A DNA stretch of 8,178 nt from NCBI GenBank assembly GCA_023136205.1, contig JAGLRQ010000154.1:1-8178 (forward strand). The letters run 5' to 3'. The position numbers and the translations under genes were made by a program. Of the stretch, positions 1-5,541 are shown piece after piece; position 1 is the stretch's first letter; each line of letters begins with the position of its first letter. The notes beneath the pieces were generated by a model. The model saw only the letters and a program-made list of their open reading frames with translations. It did not search any database and was not told where the DNA came from. The DNA is from Candidatus Auribacterota bacterium (lineage in GTDB: Bacteria; Auribacterota; UBA6266).

Positions 1-20
1 GCTCATAAAAACACCTGCCT

Positions 21-818
21 CTATCTTTTAAAACTCTCTTTAGCTCTTCTTCTGATTTTTGTTAAAGAATCCCTTGAGAAACGCGGGTTTTTTCTTCTGC
101 CATTTTTTAAATAGCTGCTTTTCACCAAACGCAGGTACCCTTTTATAACCTGTAACAAAGAGGGGAAAGAAACTGCCTTGGATGTTTGATTCGCTCTTAA
201 ACCGAGCCTATAGGGAACCTCCGCGAAAAGATAACCTTTTTTTACAACTCTTATTAAAATATCCGTCTGGAAGAAAAACCCTCCTTCTCTATGATTCAAA
301 TCCTTTAAAATCGATTTTCGATAAAGAATCGTACCATTCGTATAATTTAGATTAACTAAAAATGTTGTATTAATTATAAAACGGTAAACAAAGGAGAGCG
401 CGTTTCGAAATAATGACCTTACCTCTTTATTAAAAACAAAAGGCACAACAATATCTACATGTTTAAGAAGTTCGTGATACCGAAAAATCTCCCATGGATC
501 ATTTTCATTGTCTCCGGGAAGCATAATAACTACATCACCGGAAGCATTGTCAACTCCTTCCCAGAAGGATGCTCCTATACCACAGGGCACATCATGCTGA
601 ATCATATTAACAGGTTTCCCCTCTTCGATTACCCCATCAACCAATTCTCCTGTTCTATCCATACTTCCATCGTTAACAACAATAATTTCACCTGTCATAC
701 TAAAATATTCAAAAGCTTTTAACACATTATCAACGGCGGGTAAAATATTTGCCTCTTCATTAAGAGCCGGCATAATAACACTGATTTCGGGTTTATTCCA
801 GAATCTCATTTTTTTCAT
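21..818 (-). CDS. Family-2 glycosyltransferase (DPM1 / polyprenyl-phosphate glycosyltransferase-like), 265 aa
   Basis: The N-terminus 'ISVIMPALNEEANILPAV...GEIIVVNDGSMDRTGELV' is the classic GT-A/GT2 nucleotide-sugar binding signature. An acidic 'PGDNENDP' segment sits where the DxD-type motif is expected. A GGAG Shine-Dalgarno lies about 8 nt upstream of the ATG at 818. The gene starts 21 nt downstream of the preceding gene. Confidence 0.85.
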   Translation of the reverse strand: MKKMRFWNKPEISVIMPALNEEANILPAVDNVLKAFEYFSMTGEIIVVNDGSMDRTGELVDGVIEEGKPVNMIQHDVPCGIGASFWEGVDNASGDVVIMLPGDNENDPWEIFRYHELLKHVDIVVPFVFNKEVRSLFRNALSFVYRFIINTTFLVNLNYTNGTILYRKSILKDLNHREGGFFFQTDILIRVVKKGYLFAEVPYRLGLRANQTSKAVSFPSLLQVIKGYLRLVKSSYLKNGRRKNPRFSRDSLTKIRRRAKESFKR

Positions 819-839
819 ACAATACTCTCCGCGCCCCGA

Positions 840-1331
840 TTAAACACGCATGTACCCCGCTCCGGCATCCTTAATCCATTCATCAACTAATACGTTAAAA
901 GGTTTTTCATTAGAATAGGGGTTATAAACTTTCAAGTTTATTAATTTCATAATACTTATATCATCACTCCCGCAACAATGTGAAAGCCCAAGAAATTCAA
1001 AATAATTGTTAACTCCGTTTCCAATAAATTTCACATTGAGGTTTTGCAAAACAACATCATTTCTGATTTGTTCAAGCGCCCTGAAAACCAGAAAATTTAC
1101 TATTGAGTACACTATAGGTATTAAACCGCTCATACTCATCCCGGCAGCAATCCCCACCGTCCCTTGCTCCATAATACCGCAGTTGATTACCCTCTCAGGG
1201 AATTCATCTTTCATATTGTCAACAGCACCAAAGCCCATATCACATATTAAAAGGCGGTACCGTTCATCCTTACGAAAATATGGGATGATATAATTTAAGA
1301 TGTCTTTTCTAAAATTAGCTGTATCAGTCAT
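840..1331 (-). CDS. Transketolase-like subunit B, pyrimidine-binding (Pyr) domain only, 163 aa (truncated relative to usual split-transketolase C-terminal subunits)
   Basis: 'EFPERVINCGIMEQGTVGIAAGMSMSGLIPIVYSIVNFLVFRALEQIRNDVVLQNLNVKFIG' matches the transketolase/DXS Pyr-domain core (FP.R..n.GIaEQ..vg.AaG.a..G..P...t...F..Ra.eQIRn). It ends at '..GYMRV', where the usual 'vYiRl' ends the Pyr domain. Its ATG overlaps the upstream subunit's stop by 8 nt (1324-1331). Confidence 0.75.
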   Translation of the reverse strand: MTDTANFRKDILNYIIPYFRKDERYRLLICDMGFGAVDNMKDEFPERVINCGIMEQGTVGIAAGMSMSGLIPIVYSIVNFLVFRALEQIRNDVVLQNLNVKFIGNGVNNYFEFLGLSHCCGSDDISIMKLINLKVYNPYSNEKPFNVLVDEWIKDAGAGYMRV

Positions 1332-2130
1332 AGGTTTTTCCCATAGTTAATTCTTCTTTCGTTGGAACGCGAAAGTGAAATTTCGGCACATTCTCCATGC
1401 ATTTCAAACCAAACCCCTTCACTGTCGCGGCAACAATTACTTTCGGTTTGTTTTCCAGTGAAGATTTTGCCGCATGGATAGAATGGGTAAGTTTAATAAC
1501 ATCATGCCCCGGACATACAACAGGCGACAGGCCGAACCCGCGCAATTTCTTAATCAGGCCGTCTTTTTCTTTATCTAGAATATTTATAACAAAATCCATT
1601 GCCTGAAGACGGTTGTAATCAACAATAATGGTAAGATTTTTCACCTCATGTTTAACCGCAAACTGCAGTGCTTCCCATGTTGTTCCTTCCTGTAGCTCTC
1701 CATCTCCAACAATACAAAATGTATGGTAGTCTTTTCCTCGCGTTCGCGCTCCAAAAGCAAGGCCGACGGCAATCGGCAAACCGTGTCCAAGGGAACCGCA
1801 CCCTCCCTCAAGCCCGTATTCAACTTTTCGTTCCACGCATCCCGGCAGAATACTTCTTTCTGTATAAAAATCTTCCCACTCTTTCTTAGGGAAAATCCCC
1901 TTATCAGCCAGAATCGCGTAAAGAGCGTAACAGCCGTGCGCTTTTGAAAAAATTAATCTATCTCTCTCTTCCCATAAAGGATTTTCAGGTTCATATGTCA
2001 TAGCGTTATAATATAAAGCAACAAGTATATCAACACACGACAACGAAGGAGCAATGTGTCCGGCACCACGGCGGACAGCAACCCTTATGACTTCATCCCT
2101 GATATAATTCGCTTTTTTTAGTAAATCCAT
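1324..2130 (-). CDS. Transketolase subunit A, thiamine-diphosphate (PP) binding domain, 268 aa
   Basis: 'GAGHIAPSLSCVDILVALYY', 'SKAHGCYALYAILA' and 'GSLGHGLPIAVGLA' are transketolase-type motifs. The ThDP motif 'GDGELQEGTTWEA...IIVDYN' (GDG-x(n)-N) is present. The length is typical of the N-terminal half of split transketolases. Confidence 0.85.
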   Translation of the reverse strand: MDLLKKANYIRDEVIRVAVRRGAGHIAPSLSCVDILVALYYNAMTYEPENPLWEERDRLIFSKAHGCYALYAILADKGIFPKKEWEDFYTERSILPGCVERKVEYGLEGGCGSLGHGLPIAVGLAFGARTRGKDYHTFCIVGDGELQEGTTWEALQFAVKHEVKNLTIIVDYNRLQAMDFVINILDKEKDGLIKKLRGFGLSPVVCPGHDVIKLTHSIHAAKSSLENKPKVIVAATVKGFGLKCMENVPKFHFRVPTKEELTMGKTYD

Positions 2131-2177
2131 TTTAAAAGCCGTATGAGGACTATAGTCTGCGTCCTATCCTATTTTTT

Positions 2178-3245
2178 TTAAATAAAATTTACATGTTCGG
2201 GAGTATTTTTCAGGCTCCAAAGATACCTGTTTACTTCATCCATCCGGCAATTCACCCTGCACCGGGAAGCATCCAATTCCTCTTCTACCCAACGGAGCGA
2301 CTTTAATCGTTTTTCCCCCTCCCATATTTGCCGGAAAGATTGTTCATATATATTTCCATATAAAAACCGCTCATCACTCAGATAAACACTGCATCCCCAG
2401 ACATTGCCGCCGGCATCAATGTAGGACCAGAAGGGCAGCGCGAGGCAACGGTTATAATTCCGTTTCCCCTCGTCCCACTTCTTCATAGTATGTACCCTGA
2501 ATACAACATTAAACTCGTTTGTATTGAAATTTTCCAGTTCGCCGGCAAGATGTTCATAATCATTGTATTTAACAGAACTATATTTAGTTGTTTTGCTTTG
2601 AGGATGCTGCGAATACGGTTTTATAACCAGATAATCCATGCCAATGTCCCGGGCAAGTTTTGCCAGAGGCACTGCTTCGTGACAATTTTCCGGCAATAAT
2701 AAGAGCTGCATACCTAAAGTGCAGGAATAATTATTTTCTTTCCTCGTTTTTACTGCATAGGACATGTTTTCAATCACACGATTAAAATCAGCGGCATCAC
2801 AGCGATGAATTTTCGCGTAAGTATCACATGCCGCTCCATTAATACTTACTTTAAGCCACTCGATACTGCCAAGAATTCTATCTGCAATTTCTCCTTTAAA
2901 TAAGACACCGTTGGTTGTCACTGCCGCATCAATACCAGACTCTTTCGTATAATTAACTATTTCCGCCATATCACAATGTAAAAACGGCTCGCCTTCACCA
3001 GCATACATAATACTTTTGAGCCCAAGTTTTCCCAGCTCCGAAAGCCTTTCTTTAAACAAACCGGTATCAAGACACCTCGGCTCATAATCCATAAAATCCA
3101 GTCCGCAATATAAACACCGGTGATTGCAGGCGCCTGCCGGGCTAACCTCCATGTATATAGGATAGATTATTTTACCCTCCGACCACTCGCTTACCCGTGA
3201 AGGATGGTAAATGAGCTTATGGCTGTCTATTGAGTATTTGTCCAT
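2178..3245 (-). CDS. Radical SAM enzyme with a SPASM/twitch-like C-terminal auxiliary-cluster domain, 355 aa
   Basis: The CxxxCxxC motif 'CNHRCLYCG' (C40/C44/C47, nt 3105-3128) is followed by a 'YAGEGEPFL' (GGEP-like) SAM-binding motif. The C-terminus 'CLALPFWSYIDAGGNVWGC...YGNIYEQSFRQIWEG...CRVNC' fits the C-x(n)-G-x4-C ... C-x3-C pattern of SPASM/twitch domains (nt about 2247-2447). There is no N-terminal cobalamin-binding domain. An AGGA Shine-Dalgarno lies upstream of the ATG at 3245. Confidence 0.85.
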   Translation of the reverse strand: MDKYSIDSHKLIYHPSRVSEWSEGKIIYPIYMEVSPAGACNHRCLYCGLDFMDYEPRCLDTGLFKERLSELGKLGLKSIMYAGEGEPFLHCDMAEIVNYTKESGIDAAVTTNGVLFKGEIADRILGSIEWLKVSINGAACDTYAKIHRCDAADFNRVIENMSYAVKTRKENNYSCTLGMQLLLLPENCHEAVPLAKLARDIGMDYLVIKPYSQHPQSKTTKYSSVKYNDYEHLAGELENFNTNEFNVVFRVHTMKKWDEGKRNYNRCLALPFWSYIDAGGNVWGCSVYLSDERFLYGNIYEQSFRQIWEGEKRLKSLRWVEEELDASRCRVNCRMDEVNRYLWSLKNTPEHVNFI

Positions 3246-3816
3246 TCTTTATTCCTATAACCATATCAACAAAACAGTGGCAAATGGAAAGGTGAACTGC
3301 TTCTACATAACCGTATTCCGATGCCGGTACATAAAAATTAATATCCCCTAAACTGCTCAGAGAATTATTTTTCTTAAATCCTGAAAGGGTTATCACTTTA
3401 ACATTCTTTTTTTTCGCCGCGAGTACTCCGGATAAAATATTATCGGATTGGCCCGAACTACTGATGGCAATTAAAATATCGCCCCTGTCGGCAAACATAT
3501 CAATCGGTTTTTCAAATACATGTTTATATCCATAATCGTTGCTAATACAGGTTAAGAGAGTGCTGTCATTAAAAGTAAGCGCCCGTATGCCCGCGTTTTT
3601 CCAGAAATCGGCCGCTATATGGCTGGAGATAGAAGCACTCGCGCCATTGCCAATTAAAAAAAGTTTTTTGCCCGAAGCTGCCTGATCAATAATCATACGT
3701 ATTGACATATCCATAGCTTCATCAAACTGATATACTTCACCATTCGCGCCGACAGCACTAATCTTGCTGAACAAACTTTTCAGGGTTAAAAAATATTCTT
3801 TTACAACTTGCCTCAT
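3217..3816 (-). CDS. SIS-domain sugar-phosphate isomerase, GmhA (sedoheptulose-7-phosphate isomerase)-like, 199 aa
   Basis: It aligns by eye along its whole length with E. coli GmhA: 'KKLFLIGNGASASISSHIAADF' vs '[22 protein letters not shown]'; 'ISNDYGYKHVFEKPIDMFADRGDILIAISSSGQSDNIL..AAKKKNVKVITLSG' vs '[52 protein letters not shown]'. Its ATG overlaps the upstream stop as ATGA (3813-3816). Confidence 0.8.
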   Translation of the reverse strand: MRQVVKEYFLTLKSLFSKISAVGANGEVYQFDEAMDMSIRMIIDQAASGKKLFLIGNGASASISSHIAADFWKNAGIRALTFNDSTLLTCISNDYGYKHVFEKPIDMFADRGDILIAISSSGQSDNILSGVLAAKKKNVKVITLSGFKKNNSLSSLGDINFYVPASEYGYVEAVHLSICHCFVDMVIGIKNGQILNRQP

Positions 3817-5348
3817 TTTAACAGCCTCGTAATATATTTAATCAAGTCCACAAATTTGACAGGTTCTCTGTTGCAGACTATCTGAACAGCCAGCGAACCC
3901 ACCGCGTTTCCGACAAAAGAAACTAAATCCTGAGGCAAACCCGCGGAAAAACACGGCGCGACAAAAGCAAAAAAAGCGTCTCCCGCTCCAATCGCGTCTA
4001 CAACACGGTACGCGAAAGCCGGCGTTTCATGATACCCGGCTGTTTCACAATAACTCAAAGAACCGTGCGGCCCGCGGGTAGCAATCACTTGCTGACATTT
4101 AAGGTCATGATACACTTTCCTGGCAAGCGTCCGCAGGTCGCTAAATTTATCATGCGTAGCAAAACGCAGTTCCATTTCATCAACACAAACACAATTCACG
4201 CGCGGATATTTAGTCACAAGATTAAATCCGATATTCGCGCTATTCGTCTGCACGTTCAAAGCAAGATATTTTGCCTTAGCGCAAATAAGGTCAATAATCC
4301 GCTTTGTCAGCAGGCCGTGTCCAAAATCCGAAACAACAACCAGATCGTAATTCTCAATTGTTTTTTCAATCTGTTTTAATATCCTTGTTTCAATACGCCC
4401 GAAAATACTATCATCTTTCATATAACAAATCTCAAACAGTTTTCTGTTTGAATCTTTATTAACAAATCTTCTTTTTATAATGGTTCCAACATCGGGCCTA
4501 TAGAAAAAAACAGGAGTAATGTTAGGACTTAACCGGCTTTTAATAAAATCATTTAAAGAATCTTCATCTTCCTTGCCCAGCATAGTCAATAAATCAACCT
4601 GTTTACAAAGGTTGGCTATGTTGTTAGCTGTCGCCAGAGTGCCGCCTGCGAACGTTTCCTCAGAATCATATCTATTAGCGACCAAATGCTCTTTTGAAGA
4701 TTTCCCCATCGGTGTACAGTAATGGTACTGGTCAATAATAGCATCCCCGATCACCAGCACTTTCAGATCTTTAAGCAAACACAGTTTTTCAGTTATAAAA
4801 TCTATGGAATATTTCTTACCAATCGCTTTTAGATATTTAACAGTTCTTGGCGGATAAACATCCAGATATTTATTGAGTAATTTTGAAGAACTGAAGGTAA
4901 TATCATCGGTAAATACCAGCCGTCCGCCAACAGTCTTCACGGCTTCCTCTTCTTCTGAAATTTTACCGGTTATATCCCCTTCTTTTTTTCTGTATTCACT
5001 GCCCTTCACATAGAAATCCGGTTTCAAAATCCCCAGGCATTCAATAGCAGTCGGCGAATCAATAATACTCACATAATCTGTAACAGCAAGAGACGCAAGC
5101 GCTTCTGCCCGCAGATGCTCATTGAAAACCGGCCGTCCCGGCCCCCTCTTAACATGTTTATCCTTTGTAATTGTAACAATAAGAATATCACCGTGCTTTT
5201 TAGCTAACTTGAAATGGCGGATATGCCCCAGGTGCAAAAGATCAAATACACCATGGCAATGAACTATTTTTTTGCCCTTAGTCTTAAGTTTCGAGCACAC
5301 CCCTCCTAACTTTTCTACTTTAACAATTTTCCTATGGATATCTTCCAT
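3813..5348 (-). CDS. Bifunctional sugar-phosphate nucleotidyltransferase (cytidylyltransferase fold, HldE domain II-like, N-terminal) + PfkB-family sugar kinase (HldE domain I-like, C-terminal), about 511 aa
   Basis: The N-terminal half 'HGVFDLLHLGHIRHF...GDILIVTITKDKHVKRGPGRPV...YVKGSEY' matches the HxGH nucleotidyltransferase of HldE/RfaE domain II. The C-terminal half 'VLVIGDAIIDQYHYC', 'GGTLATANNIANL' and 'DAIGAGDAF' (nt 3972-3989) match the PfkB ribokinase-like kinase. The ORF track starts at a GTG at 5426. I prefer the ATG at 5348 (M27, 'MEDIHRK'), which has an AAGGA Shine-Dalgarno (5356-5360) 7 nt upstream and a promoter-like element inside the 5349-5426 extension. Confidence 0.85.
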   Translation of the reverse strand: MEDIHRKIVKVEKLGGVCSKLKTKGKKIVHCHGVFDLLHLGHIRHFKLAKKHGDILIVTITKDKHVKRGPGRPVFNEHLRAEALASLAVTDYVSIIDSPTAIECLGILKPDFYVKGSEYRKKEGDITGKISEEEEAVKTVGGRLVFTDDITFSSSKLLNKYLDVYPPRTVKYLKAIGKKYSIDFITEKLCLLKDLKVLVIGDAIIDQYHYCTPMGKSSKEHLVANRYDSEETFAGGTLATANNIANLCKQVDLLTMLGKEDEDSLNDFIKSRLSPNITPVFFYRPDVGTIIKRRFVNKDSNRKLFEICYMKDDSIFGRIETRILKQIEKTIENYDLVVVSDFGHGLLTKRIIDLICAKAKYLALNVQTNSANIGFNLVTKYPRVNCVCVDEMELRFATHDKFSDLRTLARKVYHDLKCQQVIATRGPHGSLSYCETAGYHETPAFAYRVVDAIGAGDAFFAFVAPCFSAGLPQDLVSFVGNAVGSLAVQIVCNREPVKFVDLIKYITRLLK

Positions 5349-5396
5349 TTTTAGTTCCTTTACGGGCCGTTGGCAATGTAGAACATTTAAAACAAA

Positions 5397-5425
5397 ATAA
5401 TAGCTAAATTGTTCATAATTGTCCA
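5397..5425 (-). promoter_or_regulatory. Putative sigma-70-type promoter for the minus-strand sugar operon: TGGACA (-35) - 17 nt - TATTAT (-10)
   Basis: Read on the minus strand, the sequence is TGGACAattatgaacaatttagcTATTAT (plus coordinates: -35 at 5420-5425, -10 at 5397-5402). Each hexamer is one mismatch from consensus and the spacer is the optimal 17 nt. The element lies about 45 nt upstream of the preferred ATG at 5348. The host sigma-factor specificity is unknown. Confidence 0.4.
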
Positions 5426-5506
5426 CAAAATGAAAGAATAAAAACCATGGGATTGCGGATCACAATTTGAAGAGGAGCAGTAACCTGCACAAGATCAAAA
5501 AAACAC

Positions 5507-5535
5507 TTGCGCATTTCTCATAATCCCATTATAGA
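5507..5535 (+). promoter_or_regulatory. Possible promoter for the SGNH gene: TTGCGC (-35) - 17 nt - TATAGA (-10), ending 6 nt before the ATG
   Basis: The sequence is TTGCGCatttctcataatcccatTATAGA, followed by tatagcATG. No Shine-Dalgarno is visible upstream of the ATG at 5542, and an in-frame TAA at 5521 excludes any upstream start. The geometry would give a leaderless or nearly leaderless transcript. The hexamer matches are weak. Confidence 0.25.
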
Positions 5536-5541
5536 TATAGC

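Noticed and set aside
459-722. Short ORFs nested antisense or out of frame within the long genes: 459-722+, 1006-1293+, 1397-1606+, 1641-1823-, 1668-1889+, 1723-1947+, 2490-2699+, 4029-4379+, 4519-4722+, 6041-6283+, 6192-6428-, 6698-6916+, 6756-6983+ and 7113-7322-.
   Set aside because: Each lies entirely inside a longer ORF with clear family motifs. Their translations are low-complexity with no recognisable motifs and no ribosome-binding sites that I could see. They look like the usual shadow ORFs.
2146-2179. Hairpin AGGAC-N10-GTCCT followed by T8, resembling an intrinsic terminator.
   Set aside because: The T-run follows the hairpin only on the plus strand, where nothing is transcribed into it. 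The stem is only 5 bp. On the coding (minus) strand the A-run precedes the stem, so it cannot act as a terminator of the operon.
2178-3245. Possibility that the radical SAM gene is a prokaryotic viperin (pVip)-like antiviral enzyme working with the adjacent kinase/nucleotidyltransferase as a defence system.
   Set aside because: The C-terminal half carries a SPASM/twitch-type Cys pattern (C-x17-C ... C-x3-C with 'YGNI..F.QIW') that viperins lack. The neighbours are sugar-pathway enzymes (SIS isomerase, PfkB sugar kinase, GT2, Wzt), not nucleotide kinases or other defence genes. A homology search would still be needed to exclude the idea formally.
3407-3414. Homopolymeric tracts as phase-variation switches: T8/A8 inside the GmhA-like gene at 3407-3414, plus A7/T7 runs at about 812, 2113, 3964, 4503, 4982, 5271 and 5931.
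   Set aside because: Runs of 7-8 A/T encoding Lys or Phe are expected in AT-rich coding sequence. No long poly-G/C tracts or multi-copy tetra- or pentanucleotide repeats are present, and all the genes are intact.
5349-5426. N-terminal extension of the kinase/nucleotidyltransferase ORF (GTG start at 5426).
   Set aside because: The 26 added residues have no counterpart in HldE-type proteins, and the start is GTG without a Shine-Dalgarno. A near-consensus promoter sits inside the extension. The ATG at 5348 has a well-spaced AAGGA.
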